A stretch of 64,000 bases of DNA from Rubrobacteraceae bacterium (GTDB taxonomy: Bacteria > Actinomycetota > Rubrobacteria > Rubrobacterales > Rubrobacteraceae). The stretch spans positions 2,226,230 to 2,290,229 of the forward strand of contig OZ243922.1 in NCBI GenBank assembly GCA_965213905.1, read 5' to 3'. Below are positions 28,209 to 37,841 of the stretch, one piece after another (the first letter of the stretch is position 1; the number at the start of each line of letters is the position of its first letter). Below the pieces are notes generated by a model that saw only the letters and a list, made by a program, of their open reading frames with translations, searched no databases and had not been told where the DNA came from. The position numbers and the translations under genes are program-made.

Positions 28209-28889
28209 CTAGCGGCTGTGGAAATAGTAGACCAGCGGGTAACGCCGGACGCCTTCGTAGTAGCTCGTCAGGTTCTGATGGAAGCCGCCGATAGTGGCGT
28301 CGAGGCCGCTCGGGTTGCCCTTCGGGAAGTGCGGCCTGAGAAGGTTAACGGGGTCCGCGTCGTCGCCCGCTTGGTGGTAGAGACCGGATGAGAGCGTGTT
28401 CCACTGCTGGAGAACCTGATAGATGTTCAGTATGTAAGTGATAAAGAGGGTGATAATCGAGAACCCGATAAGCGCCTGCACGAAAGTCAGGGTGCCGAAA
28501 AAGGGGTTTTTCGGGGTAATGTCCCCGTAGCCGAGGGTCCCTACCGTAACGCCGCTCAAGTAGATCATGTGCGGGAAAGTCGGCTTTGCGCCGCTCGTGA
28601 AGGAGAAGTAGTCTGTTTGCGAGTAGTAGATGAGGCCGAAGCCTAAAATTTCTACGAGCATCCACAGCAGAAGGGTGGCCGGTATCATGAAGGGCGCCCC
28701 GACCGACAACCCAAAATGCCGCGCCCTTGTCGGCAGGGGGCGGGTCACCGCCCGCAAGAGGCCCCAGGTCACCCGGTAAAGGCGGCTGCTGAGAAAGCTG
28801 AACCCGTCGTAGTTCAGGACGGCGAAGAACACGTCCAAGAGCCCCACGAAGATCAACACGATACCGCACACCAACAATACCCAGGTCAT
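28209..28889 (-). CDS. potassium channel family protein (2TM pore type)
   Basis: Selectivity filter TVGTLGYGDITP between hydrophobic helices. Confidence 0.8.
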   Translation of the reverse strand: MTWVLLVCGIVLIFVGLLDVFFAVLNYDGFSFLSSRLYRVTWGLLRAVTRPLPTRARHFGLSVGAPFMIPATLLLWMLVEILGFGLIYYSQTDYFSFTSGAKPTFPHMIYLSGVTVGTLGYGDITPKNPFFGTLTFVQALIGFSIITLFITYILNIYQVLQQWNTLSSGLYHQAGDDADPVNLLRPHFPKGNPSGLDATIGGFHQNLTSYYEGVRRYPLVYYFHSR

Positions 28890-29077
28890 CTAACCTCTTT
28901 TTCTAATACCGGAAAGCATAATCACCCGAATACCTCCTGTTCCCGCCGACCATATCCGCTACACTTTCTGTCAGAAACCGGGCTGTACCTTACCGCCGTT
29001 TATTATTTCGCGCTACGGGGTATGGGCCGTCAAATTGTTAGGGTGTGTGGCGTAACAAACCCGAAAGGAGGGGCCTC

Positions 29078-29770
29078 GTGACGGAAAGATACGGCGACGA
29101 AGAGTCTGCCCAGGAAAGGGCCCGGCGACGGCTGCAAGAGCTGGAAGAACAGAGGTTGGCGGGCGGCTCCGGGGAAAGAGAAGTCTTCGTGCAGGATGAG
29201 ACGTTTGAGCCCGAGGCGTCCGAGCCCGAGGCACCTAGACCTGAAGCACCCGAGCCCGGCGGGAGGTCTGGAAGCGGCGAGGCGTCCGGTCAAGTGTCCG
29301 GGCAAATGTCCGGGCAGGCTTCCGAGTATGCCCAGCAGGGCCAGGAGAAAGCCGCCGAAGTAGCGGGGCAGGGCCGGGAAAAGGCGAAGGGGCAGATCGC
29401 CACCCAGAAAGAGCGGGCTTCCGGGGAGTTGCAGGGCATAGCGCGGGCCCTCCAGAGCACGGGTGAGCAACTGCGGGAGCAGAACCAGGACTCCGTCGGC
29501 CGCTACGCGGATCAGGCCGCGGAGCAGGTGGAGCGGCTCTCCAATTTCCTGGACGAAAAGGACTCGGAGCAACTCCTAAACGAGGTGGAGGACTTCGCCC
29601 GGCAGAGCCCGGCGGTGTTCCTGGGCGGGGCGTTTTTGGCGGGGGTCGCCGCGGCCCGCTTTCTCAAGAGTTCCGCCGGCCAGACCGGAGACCTGAAAGA
29701 AGAGCTGAAGCAGGCGGGCGAGGAGTTGCGACAGAGCGCCACCCCGTCCGACGGCGGTGGTTTGCGGTGA
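29078..29770 (+). CDS. hypothetical E/Q/G-rich protein with C-terminal TM helix
   Basis: GTG 29078 with GGAGG 7 nt upstream. Low-complexity repeats (EPEASEPEAPRPEAPEP, SGQVSGQMSGQAS) and a C-terminal helix AVFLGGAFLAGVAAARFL. Confidence 0.55.
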   Translation: MTERYGDEESAQERARRRLQELEEQRLAGGSGEREVFVQDETFEPEASEPEAPRPEAPEPGGRSGSGEASGQVSGQMSGQASEYAQQGQEKAAEVAGQGREKAKGQIATQKERASGELQGIARALQSTGEQLREQNQDSVGRYADQAAEQVERLSNFLDEKDSEQLLNEVEDFARQSPAVFLGGAFLAGVAAARFLKSSAGQTGDLKEELKQAGEELRQSATPSDGGGLR

Positions 29771-30162
29771 TGCAGAAGAGCCGGCGGGACCGCCCGACGG
29801 GCGAGCTATTAGGGGACCTTTACCGGGGCGTTTCGAACGTCATAAGCCTGGAGATAGAGCTCGCCAAAACGGAGGTCAGCCAGAAAGCTTCCCGGGTCGG
29901 CAAAAACGTGGGTTTGTTGGCCGCCGGGGGCGCCATAGCTTACGCGGGTTTTCTGGCGCTCATAGCCGCGATCATCGCCATACTGGCGACGTTTATGTAT
30001 ACCTGGCTGGCGGCCCTTATAGTGGCGTTGCTGGTGCTCGCGGCGGGTGGCGCGCTCGTGTGGGTTGGCTTAAAGACTCTTCAGCAAGAGTCTCCCGTAC
30101 CACAAAGAACGGTCGAAACCCTCAAGGAGGACAAAGAATGGATGACAGACCAGACCAACTAA
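29767..30162 (+). CDS. holin-X (holin superfamily III)-like membrane protein
   Basis: 131 aa with two TM helices after an amphipathic N-terminus (LSLEIELAKTEVSQKA...). 4-bp overlap with the upstream gene. Confidence 0.65.
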   Translation: MMQKSRRDRPTGELLGDLYRGVSNVISLEIELAKTEVSQKASRVGKNVGLLAAGGAIAYAGFLALIAAIIAILATFMYTWLAALIVALLVLAAGGALVWVGLKTLQQESPVPQRTVETLKEDKEWMTDQTN

Positions 30163-31007
30163 GAGGACAGAACGAACCGGACGCGGGCGTCCGCGACAAG
30201 CTCTCGTCGGGGCGGGGCGAGATAAACCCGAACCCCGCTTCCACCGACGACGAGTTGGAAGAGCTGCGCCTCGAACTCTCGCGGACCCGGGCGGAGATGA
30301 GCGAGACGGTCTACGCTTTGCAGGACCGGCTGAACCCACAATACATGAGGGAACAAGCCTCCTCCCAGGCCAAAGACTCGGCGAAGCAAGCTGGCTCCAA
30401 CGTGGTGGAGACGATCAAAGACAACCCGATACCAACGGCGCTGGCCGGGGCGGGGCTCGTGGGGCTTGGGTGGCTGATCTCTAGCGGTCGCGATAGTGGT
30501 AGCGGTGGCGGTGAATCGCAACGAGGCTCGCGGCAAGGCGGTTACGAAGACCCCGGCTACTACAGTTCTACCAGACGCACTTATCCGGAATACTATGAAG
30601 GGCGCGAATTCGAAAGCTCTTCCGGGGAGTCCGGCGGTGAACGGGCGCGGGAGGCTGCCGGCCAAGCCCGGCAGAAAGCCGGCGAATTGGGCGGCCAGCT
30701 ACAGAGCCGGGCGAGCCGGGCCGGCGGTGAGGCCCAAGAGAAAGCCCAGCAGGCCAAAGGCGGTTTCCAGCGGATGTTACAGGACACGCCCCTGGCCCTC
30801 GGGGCCCTGGCCCTCGGTATCGGGGCCGCCGTCGGCTTCGCCGTACCCGGAACCAGCAAGGAAGACGAGGTGATGGGCGAGACGCGCGACAACCTGGTTG
30901 AACGCGGCAAGCAATCCGCCCAGGATGCCCGCAAACGGGCGCAGAGCGCCATCGAAGAAGGCCGCCGGGCCGCGGAGCAAGAAGCCGACCGTCAGGACTT
31001 GACCTGA
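30138..31007 (+). CDS. DUF3618-like protein
   Basis: ATG 30138 with AAGGAGG upstream. ELEELRLELSRTRAEMSETVYALQDRLNP is the DUF3618 signature, followed by a TM helix and a G/S/E-rich tail. The track ORF start 29757 is a shadow extension. Confidence 0.6.
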   Translation: MDDRPDQLRGQNEPDAGVRDKLSSGRGEINPNPASTDDELEELRLELSRTRAEMSETVYALQDRLNPQYMREQASSQAKDSAKQAGSNVVETIKDNPIPTALAGAGLVGLGWLISSGRDSGSGGGESQRGSRQGGYEDPGYYSSTRRTYPEYYEGREFESSSGESGGERAREAAGQARQKAGELGGQLQSRASRAGGEAQEKAQQAKGGFQRMLQDTPLALGALALGIGAAVGFAVPGTSKEDEVMGETRDNLVERGKQSAQDARKRAQSAIEEGRRAAEQEADRQDLT

Positions 31008-31012
31008 GAACT

Positions 31013-31231
31013 ATGGCCGAAGTCTCTCTACAAAGCCGGGCCGGCGAGGGTTTTGAAAAGGCAAACACCACGACGACGAACGGTGGTGAGCACCAGGAGT
31101 TGGACCATATCTTTAAGGAGGCGACCCGGCTTCTAGAAGCCACGGACCTTCCCGGCGCGAATGAAGCCCTCAAAACGGCCGAGCAGGTCCTCGTTCTGCG
31201 GCGTCGGATCTTTGACCTCGGTCCCTGGTAG
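31013..31231 (+). CDS. small hypothetical protein
   Basis: 72-aa ORF starting 6 nt after the DUF3618 gene stop. No family recognised. Confidence 0.3.
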   Translation: MAEVSLQSRAGEGFEKANTTTTNGGEHQELDHIFKEATRLLEATDLPGANEALKTAEQVLVLRRRIFDLGPW

Positions 31232-31307
31232 TAGGTTTACCAGAGGAATAAAACAGGAATCTTTCTCTTGTGAGACGGTAAGTGCCGGCGGAGCGGGGAG
31301 GTAAAGC

Positions 31308-32276
31308 GTGAAGGTGCCCGGCAAAAAATATCTAGAGAAGGCCGAGCAGACCGGCAACCAGGCCTGGGTCCCGATGACCCACGGGCTCGGGACGGTAGAA
31401 CTCCTCAAACGCACGGCGAAAGAGGTGGGCGACGACCACCTCTTTGCGTATGCGGGCAATCTTTCCTATAAGGCGCTCTTCGCGCTCTTTCCGCTGTTTA
31501 CGCTCCTGATCTCGCTGCTCGGCATGTTCAACGCCGCTTGGGTCGTAGACGCCTTTACCAACCAGTTGGCGGGCGCGCTGCCCCCGGAAGCCTCCGAATT
31601 CATCAACGGGCAACTCCAGAGCATTGCCCAGAGTGAGGCTACCGCATCCTTTACTTTCGGGGCCCTTATCTCCATAGCCCTCGGATTGTGGGGTGTTTCG
31701 GGCGCGATGCGTTCGGTTATGGAAGCCATGAACGTCATGCACGACCTCGAAGAAACCCGGCCGTTCTGGAAAAAGTACGTGGTTTCTTTGTTTATCGCGT
31801 TGTTTGTCGTGGGCTTGGTGCTCACGGCGCTCGTGCTGGTGGTGTTCGGGGAGCGGATCGGGGCCCAGGTCGCGGCGGCCTTGGGGTTCGGCTCTATTTT
31901 CGAGACGATATGGGCCGTAGTGCAGTGGCCGGTTTTGACCTTTCTGGTGCTCTTTGCGTTCGCGGTTCTCTACTACTTCGCTCCGTCCGCCGACCAGAAG
32001 TTCCGCTGGATCAGCCCCGGCTCCCTCGTGGCTTTCGCGTTCTGGCTAATATTCTCCCTGGTCTTCGCGTACTACGTGGGCACTTCGGACTCTTTCCAGA
32101 CCTACGGTGCTCTGGCCGGTGTGATCATCCTGATGCTCTACTTCTACTACTCGGCCGCCATCGTGCTCGTCGGAGCCGAGATGAACCAGGTGGTGGAAGA
32201 GAATATCCCCGGCGGTAAGAATAAGGGCGAAGAGTACCCGGACGATAAGAAGCCGCCGGAGCAACAGACCGGCTAG
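31308..32276 (+). CDS. YihY/BrkB-family membrane protein
   Basis: [23 protein letters not shown] and six TM helices, the typical YihY pattern. Confidence 0.85.
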   Translation: MKVPGKKYLEKAEQTGNQAWVPMTHGLGTVELLKRTAKEVGDDHLFAYAGNLSYKALFALFPLFTLLISLLGMFNAAWVVDAFTNQLAGALPPEASEFINGQLQSIAQSEATASFTFGALISIALGLWGVSGAMRSVMEAMNVMHDLEETRPFWKKYVVSLFIALFVVGLVLTALVLVVFGERIGAQVAAALGFGSIFETIWAVVQWPVLTFLVLFAFAVLYYFAPSADQKFRWISPGSLVAFAFWLIFSLVFAYYVGTSDSFQTYGALAGVIILMLYFYYSAAIVLVGAEMNQVVEENIPGGKNKGEEYPDDKKPPEQQTG

Positions 32277-32728
32277 GTTGTTGCCGGCCAACGCTCCAAT
32301 ACTATTGTGACCGGCCCGTCGTTCGTCAACGCCACGTCCATCATCGCCCCGAAACGGCCTTTCTCTACGGAACGAATTCCAACGTCCCGCAGCTTCTCGT
32401 AAAAGTAGTTGAAGAGCGGCTCGGCCTTTTCCGGGGGGGCGGCTTTTACGAAGCTCGGGCGTTTGCCCTTGCGGGTGTCGGCGAGCAGCGTAAATTGCGA
32501 GACGGCGAGCACCGCGCCCCCAACCTCCCGCACGCCCAGGTTCATCTTGCCGTCCTCATCGGCAAAGACCCGCAGGCCGGCGACCTTCTCCGCGAGCCAG
32601 TCGGCCTCTGCCTCCGTGTCTCCCTGTCCGACGCCGACTAGGAGCAGCAACCCGGCCCCGATCCAGGATACCAGTTCCTCGTCTACCGTAACGGAAGCCC
32701 TGCTTACCCGCTGGAGGACTATCCTCAT
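32273..32728 (-). CDS. dtd: D-aminoacyl-tRNA deacylase
   Basis: [13 protein letters not shown]..., [35 protein letters not shown]. Confidence 0.95.
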   Translation of the reverse strand: MRIVLQRVSRASVTVDEELVSWIGAGLLLLVGVGQGDTEAEADWLAEKVAGLRVFADEDGKMNLGVREVGGAVLAVSQFTLLADTRKGKRPSFVKAAPPEKAEPLFNYFYEKLRDVGIRSVEKGRFGAMMDVALTNDGPVTIVLERWPATT

Positions 32729-32736
32729 CTTCAGGG

Positions 32737-33123
32737 TTAGAGGGGTTGGCGGCCCGCGTAGCCGGCTTCGATCTCGTGCCAGTACTCCACCCGTTCCTCT
32801 GGCGGATGCCAGCAGAGAAAGACCACGCGGCCTTCCCGCTCGTGGGGAAAGTCCAAAAGGCCCATGTTCAGGTCTTTGAGTACGACGCCCAACTCCCGGA
32901 TGCGTTCTATGGAGCGGTGGAGTTTATACGCCTCGACGCCGTACTCGGAGCCGATCCTACCGCCGCCGTTCGAGGCTTTTGCTTCGAGGATGGGTTCCAT
33001 GTGCGGGGCTTTCTCCCGCAAAGCGTCGCGGTGTAAGGAAACTTCCCGGAGCATCTCTTGGAGGGTGGGGAGGAGTTGGTTCACCTCCTCTACGGTAAAG
33101 AGCTTCTGAAATGGATGCTCCAC
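32737..33123 (-). CDS. DUF2203-family protein
   Basis: [22 protein letters not shown] ... GLLDFP ... FLCW pattern. Confidence 0.65.
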   Translation of the reverse strand: MEHPFQKLFTVEEVNQLLPTLQEMLREVSLHRDALREKAPHMEPILEAKASNGGGRIGSEYGVEAYKLHRSIERIRELGVVLKDLNMGLLDFPHEREGRVVFLCWHPPEERVEYWHEIEAGYAGRQPL

Positions 33124-33137
33124 GGCAGGAGGGCTTT

Positions 33138-33863
33138 CTAGCGGCCGACGGCCAGCCGGTCGGCCAGCATACCGGGCAGACCCGCCTCGCGGATCTTGGC
33201 CTGCGCCTTTTCTATGTCGTACTCGACGGACCGGTAGGTAACGTCGGTCCCCTCTACCAACACGTAGGAGGCGAACGTGTCGCCGTCGCGGGGCTGGCCG
33301 ACAGAGCCGGGGTTTACCAGGTACGGGCCATCGGAACCCAGGTCCAGGGCCTCGGTCGCCGGGCCGTTGGGTGAGGGCGCGACCGCTTTTACGTGCGTGT
33401 GGCCGAAAAAGCAGAGCCGCACGTCCGGGTACTCTCTCTCCAACACAGCCAAGTTCTCGGCCGCCGTACCCCCGTCTATGATGTACTCGTCCGGGTCCCG
33501 GACCGAACCGTGAACAAAGAGGACCTCGCCCGCCCGCATAGTGCGCGGCCGGGAGCGGAGAAACTCCGCGTTCTCGTCTGTCAGGCGTTCCCGGGTCCAG
33601 CGAACGGCGGCCCCGGCCACCGGGTTAAACCAATTCAAATCCGTGCCGAGGTCGGTAACGGCCAGGTCGTGGTTGCCCGTGATCGTGGGCATCTCCCGCC
33701 CCCGCACGAGGTCGCAGCACTCGTTCGGGTTCGCCCCGTAACCGATAACGTCGCCCAGGCAGTAGATGCGCTCCACCCCGCCGGGCACGCCCTCGGGCAC
33801 GTCCGCGAGGACGGCTTCGAGGCCTTCGAGGTTACCGTGGATGTCGGAGATCACCGCGTACAT
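33138..33863 (-). CDS. metallophosphoesterase family protein
   Basis: Motifs ISDIHGN, GDVIGYG, GNHD, GHTH and NPGSVGQPR. Confidence 0.85.
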   Translation of the reverse strand: MYAVISDIHGNLEGLEAVLADVPEGVPGGVERIYCLGDVIGYGANPNECCDLVRGREMPTITGNHDLAVTDLGTDLNWFNPVAGAAVRWTRERLTDENAEFLRSRPRTMRAGEVLFVHGSVRDPDEYIIDGGTAAENLAVLEREYPDVRLCFFGHTHVKAVAPSPNGPATEALDLGSDGPYLVNPGSVGQPRDGDTFASYVLVEGTDVTYRSVEYDIEKAQAKIREAGLPGMLADRLAVGR

Positions 33864-33961
33864 GGCGTTGGACCGCGTAGTATAGCAGTCAAACCCCAGC
33901 TTTCAGCCGGATTGCCGGCAGACCAGACTTGCGGTAACATCTCTCAGCAACACTCCTGCGC

Positions 33962-34034
33962 GGGCCTGTAGCTCAGGGGATAGAGCACTGGTTTCCGGTG
34001 CCAGGTGTCGGAGGTTCGAATCCTTCCAGGCCCG
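33962..34034 (+). tRNA. tRNA-Arg (CCG)
   Basis: Hand-folded: acceptor GGGCCTG/CAGGCCC, D-arm GCTC..GAGC, anticodon arm CTGGT-TTCCGGT-GCCAG, T-arm GGAGG-TTCGAAT-CCTTC. 73 nt, no CCA. Confidence 0.9.
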
Positions 34035-34229
34035 CTCCCCTCTAAATGTGGTAATGGGCTTTCACGAGTATGCAACTAACCTGCGCAACGCTTCACGAGG
34101 TGCTTACGTGGAATAAAGGGTAACTGCGTATTTGACTCCACAATTACATTACTGCATTATTAACACCGACGCTAGAAAGTCGGGGTTTTGTGTAGGAACC
34201 TTCGGCGATTAAGAAAGGGAGGGAAATTG

Positions 34230-34781
34230 GTGAAGAAACTACTGTACATGGCTACCCTAAGTGTGGTGGCAACATTACTATTCGCATCCATAGCGGCGGC
34301 GCAAGATGACTTGGACTGCGACGACTTCGCTACCCAGGCCGAGGCCCAGCAAGCTTTGTTCCAAAATCCGACTGACCCCAACAACCTTGACGCCGATAAT
34401 GACGGCGAAGCGTGTGAAGAGGCAGGATTGCCGGAAGGTGAGGTGCAAACTGTAGCCGACCCGGCAACGGGAGCGCCGGCCGACCCGGCGACGGGGCAGA
34501 TACTAGGTCCGCCGGCCGACTCTGCAGCGGCACAGAATGCGATCGAGTCCGGCACGCTAACTTGTGCGGACATCGACCTATCCGCATATCAGTTCTACCC
34601 TGAACTGGAGTGTGGCATCGAAGCTGGTACAGATCAGTACGTCGCGCCGGAAACCCCAGTTGACACGCCGGAGATGGAGCCGCTTCCCGACACCGGTGGC
34701 TCGGCGTTCTTGCTGCCCGTTGCGGGTCTTCTCCTCGCAACCGGCATAATAGGACTTACAATAGTCCGCCGCCGTTCGTAG
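34230..34781 (+). CDS. sortase-anchored surface protein with Excalibur Ca-binding domain
   Basis: GTG 34230 after GGGAGGG, then a signal peptide. Excalibur motif [15 protein letters not shown]...[11 protein letters not shown]-terminal LPDTG, a hydrophobic helix and RRRS. Confidence 0.75.
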   Translation: MKKLLYMATLSVVATLLFASIAAAQDDLDCDDFATQAEAQQALFQNPTDPNNLDADNDGEACEEAGLPEGEVQTVADPATGAPADPATGQILGPPADSAAAQNAIESGTLTCADIDLSAYQFYPELECGIEAGTDQYVAPETPVDTPEMEPLPDTGGSAFLLPVAGLLLATGIIGLTIVRRRS

Positions 34782-34976
34782 TAGTCATTACTTGAAGGGA
34801 AAAGGGAGCCTACACTCTCTCCCCTTCACTTTTACCTCTTGATTTTTTTAACAACCACACCGGAAACTCCGGCTATGTCCTCAAAAAAGTTGATAGTCTA
34901 TTTTCTCGGTGGCGGGAGAAATCCTATGGTCGAAACCTGCTTACCTATAGGCTTTTCGAGGTTTTCAAAGAGACTC

Positions 34977-35032
34977 GCACTGGTTTTCGGTGCCAGGTAT
35001 CGGAGGTTCAAATCCTTCCAGGTCTGCTTCCC
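34977..35032 (+). repeat. degenerate duplicate of the 3' half of tRNA-Arg (att-like)
   Basis: GCACTGGTTTTCGGTGCCAGGTATCGGAGGTTCAAATCCTTCCAGGTCTGCTTCCC versus tRNA 33985-34040. 6 mismatches in 56, all C-to-T or G-to-A. No matching 5' half upstream. Confidence 0.8.
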
Positions 35033-35085
35033 ACGGAAAACTGGAGAGCACCTCGTTAATCTCAAACGTCGGAAAATTTTGGTGC

Positions 35086-35114
35086 TTGACCTGCGACTAC
35101 CTTGTGCCTATTAT
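35086..35114 (+). promoter_or_regulatory. sigma-70-type promoter for the lipoprotein gene
   Basis: TTGACC (35086-35091), 17-nt spacer, TATTAT (35109-35114). Confidence 0.55.
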
Positions 35115-35160
35115 GGTATTTGGATGGGTGCAATGTAAGTGACGTTGAGGAAGTGGACCT

Positions 35161-35952
35161 GTGACCATCAATCGGGTAACAAAAGTTCAAGTCTTACTGA
35201 CGACCGCAGTGATCGCCGTACTGGTGTTCGCTGCGGGTTGTGGCGAGGGTGGGAGCCAGGCGCAGGACTTGGAGGAACAGCAACAGCAAAACGAGGAACA
35301 GCAGAGGCAGAACGAAGAGCTCCAGAAAGAGTTGGAGGGCCGGGAAAAGGAGCAGCAAGAGGCTGAAAAGCAAGAGGAGGCCGAGAGGCAGGAGGAGCTG
35401 AAGCAAGAGGTCGCCGATCTAGAGAAGAAGCTGGATGAGAGCGAGCAGCAGCAAAACGAACCTGAGCCGGAACCCGAGTCGAACTCTGAGTCGCCCGACG
35501 TGGTGATCGAAAGCAATAGCAACTGGACCGCGCCCCCGTCGCAGGCCCCGCAGGGCGTCGTGGTGGTTTCGCCCAACTACAACGTTCAGGCGGTGGGCGC
35601 CGAAGAAGCGCAGGTCCTGGATGGGGCCATTGCTTACTACCAGGCGGCTGAGATCGGTGACTACGTCGCCACCTACAACCTCCTTAGCTCCAGCGACCAG
35701 TCCTACTACACGCTCGACCAGTGGGTAGAGTCGAACACGACCCTGGACAGCGCCGCCGCGGAGTTCGTCGTGACCGACGCCTTCCCCGAGGACGTGGGCA
35801 ACGGCTATCCGACCTACGCCGTGACGCTTACGGCCTACCTGCCCGACGGCAGCTCGTTCGACCGCAAAACGTACTTTACCAATGAAGGCAACGGATTCTG
35901 GGCCCACTGGCTGAACGAGGAAGAGATAGACATGTTCGACGGTGCTTTGTAG
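35161..35952 (+). CDS. lipoprotein with E/Q-rich coiled-coil linker, unknown function
   Basis: Lipobox LVFAAGC after a hydrophobic signal. About 90 aa of EEQQQQNEEQQRQNEE... repeats, then a globular C-terminal domain. Confidence 0.7.
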   Translation: MTINRVTKVQVLLTTAVIAVLVFAAGCGEGGSQAQDLEEQQQQNEEQQRQNEELQKELEGREKEQQEAEKQEEAERQEELKQEVADLEKKLDESEQQQNEPEPEPESNSESPDVVIESNSNWTAPPSQAPQGVVVVSPNYNVQAVGAEEAQVLDGAIAYYQAAEIGDYVATYNLLSSSDQSYYTLDQWVESNTTLDSAAAEFVVTDAFPEDVGNGYPTYAVTLTAYLPDGSSFDRKTYFTNEGNGFWAHWLNEEEIDMFDGAL

Positions 35953-35975
35953 GCGCCCCGACCCCGGAACGTTTC

Positions 35976-36953
35976 CTAGCCGCTAATAGCCAACGCCTCC
36001 CGGAAACTCCCGTGGAAACCTTCGCCTTCCGCATCCAGGGCGTGCTCGCAGCGGGCTAGATAGGCGGTGGCGTAGAGCCCCGCGGCGGCGACGATTTTCC
36101 GTCCTTCTTCTGAGAACCGCCTGTCGCGGGCTTTCTCGTATTCTTCGGCGAAGAGCCGGGTTTCTCCGGGGGTTGGCGGGTTGGGGACGCCGGTGCTCCA
36201 GGTAGAGGTGAAATTGGCGGCGGCGATGCCGACGACCACTTCTTCTTTCTCCGGCCGGAGCGAGTCCCAGTCGTAGACGGCGGAGATTTCTCCGTTATCC
36301 ACCCGGATCTGGTCCGCGCTCCAGTCAGTGTGGCCGACGACTGCCCGGCTTTTGAAGTTGTCCACCACCGCTTTTGCCTCCGCCGCCACGGCGTCGATCC
36401 AACCGGCGCCTTCTCTGGTAGCCTCGAAGTCGTAGAGGGCGTTGTGGGGCGGGGGCCACAACTCGTCTTTACCCGGCCAGGGCCAGCCTTTTTCGAGCCC
36501 CCGAATGTCCGGCACCCCCGCGGCCAGCTCTATCTGCCGGGCGAGGACCTGTGCCATCCGACACCGGACCCCCGGGTCGTGGCCGTCGGGAATAGCACCT
36601 CCGTCTACGAGTTCGTCCACGGTAGCAAGGCCGGCGCCGAAGGGCAGCGGGCCGAGGATAGGGTTTGGACAAGGGAAACCGTGACGGTGAAGGTAAGTTT
36701 GTACGCGGTGGACGGCCCGCAAATAGTCGGCGTCCCGTCCCGGCGGGTGGGCTTTGAGAAAGGCGCGGCGTCCGTTGCCGAGGATCAGGCCGAACGCCGC
36801 CCCCGTACCCAGCCGGAAGAACAGTATCTCTTCTACCCCCGCGCGGAGATGTTCTTTACAAAAGGCGTCGAGGCGGTGGTTTACATCTTTGGGGTCGGCG
36901 GTGCCGAGTATGGAGCGGGAGAGAGGCGGGTTGTCGGCTAGCGTTCCCTCCAA
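35976..36953 (-). CDS. phosphotransferase (APH/choline kinase-like) family protein
   Basis: Brenner-type motif GHTDWSADQIRV and DFG-like YDWDS. Confidence 0.7.
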   Translation of the reverse strand: MEGTLADNPPLSRSILGTADPKDVNHRLDAFCKEHLRAGVEEILFFRLGTGAAFGLILGNGRRAFLKAHPPGRDADYLRAVHRVQTYLHRHGFPCPNPILGPLPFGAGLATVDELVDGGAIPDGHDPGVRCRMAQVLARQIELAAGVPDIRGLEKGWPWPGKDELWPPPHNALYDFEATREGAGWIDAVAAEAKAVVDNFKSRAVVGHTDWSADQIRVDNGEISAVYDWDSLRPEKEEVVVGIAAANFTSTWSTGVPNPPTPGETRLFAEEYEKARDRRFSEEGRKIVAAAGLYATAYLARCEHALDAEGEGFHGSFREALAISG

Positions 36954-36981
36954 CGCGGTCTTCTAGGCCAACCTGCCGGGT

Positions 36982-37251
36982 TCAGACGGTCTTGCGGCCG
37001 GCAAAGAGCCGATAGACGAAGAGCAGGATGATCGCGCCCACGGTGGCGACCAGGATGGACCATGGGTTGAAGCCCGTGGTTCCTACGCCGCCGAGAAACC
37101 TGAACAGGATCCCCCCGACGAAAGCGCCGCCCATGCCGATAAGGGGCGTGAGGAGAAAACCACCGGGGTCCCTGCCCGGCAGGATGACCTTCGCCAGGAT
37201 ACCGGCGATGATTCCCACGACGATCCAGCTTACGATTCCCATTCCGACCAC
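36982..37251 (-). CDS. GlsB/YeaQ/YmgE-family stress membrane protein
   Basis: 89 aa, IVSWIVVGIIAGILAKVILPG...GGAFVGGILF pattern. Confidence 0.85.
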   Translation of the reverse strand: MVGMGIVSWIVVGIIAGILAKVILPGRDPGGFLLTPLIGMGGAFVGGILFRFLGGVGTTGFNPWSILVATVGAIILLFVYRLFAGRKTV

Positions 37252-37286
37252 GTTTGTCTCCTTCTTTTTTGCCGGTTTTGCAGAAC

Positions 37287-37766
37287 CTACATTCCAGCTT
37301 TACGTTCTCCGCTTATCACATCCGCCACCCAGAGATAACGGTAGTCTACCCCTTCATTGACTTTGTATGCCGCATAGACCGCGTGCACAAAAGGAACGAC
37401 CGTCAAAATCAGCATCGGGATGAACAGTAGAAAGCCGATCAGGACGACCGTCAACACACCGGAGATGGTCCAGCCCGCGAACAGGACCGCAAACCACGCC
37501 ACCTGATACCACAGCGATTGCAGGGCGTGGAACGAGACCCTCGGGGAGCGGTTTTTATAAAACAGCCAGATGACGAAAGCCGCCACCGGCCCCAGAAAAC
37601 CCGTAAAAAGGTTCAGGAAGATAGTCAGATGAGACACGACGGACCAGGTGTTTTCTTCGCCGGGGTTTACGGCTACCGGGGACGAAGGTATTCCCTTGCC
37701 CGGGCCTCCGGAACCGGGGTTTTCGGGCTCCGGCTCTATGCCGTAGTTTCTTTGCTCCTCGGACAT
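37287..37766 (-). CDS. DUF4870-like membrane protein
   Basis: TWSVVSHLTIFLN...VAAFVIWLFYKNRSPRVSFHALQSLWYQ pattern. Confidence 0.6.
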   Translation of the reverse strand: MSEEQRNYGIEPEPENPGSGGPGKGIPSSPVAVNPGEENTWSVVSHLTIFLNLFTGFLGPVAAFVIWLFYKNRSPRVSFHALQSLWYQVAWFAVLFAGWTISGVLTVVLIGFLLFIPMLILTVVPFVHAVYAAYKVNEGVDYRYLWVADVISGERKAGM

Positions 37767-37841
37767 CGGGGCCTACCTCCTCGTCGCTCTCCGTAGTTGT
37801 ATATGTATACGCGGCGGACGCGATAAGGTTTCTTCTGGCTC

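Larger units (their letters stand above)
34035..35032. mobile_element. decayed remnant of a tRNA-Arg-integrated element
   Basis: Bounded by the tRNA-Arg 3' half (33985-34040) and a 50/56-identical direct copy (34977-35032). The interior is AT-richer, holds a single cargo gene and has no recombinase. Confidence 0.45.

Noticed and set aside
29757-30137. N-terminal 127 aa of track ORF 29757-31007
   Set aside because: This part overlaps the holin-X-like gene in another frame and is Arg/Gly-rich. A strong RBS plus ATG at 30138 gives the conserved DUF3618 N-terminus.
34839-35138. 99-aa ORF across the tRNA-Arg fragment
   Set aside because: It runs through the att-like tRNA remnant and the lipoprotein promoter. 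It is AT-rich with an odd composition and no RBS.
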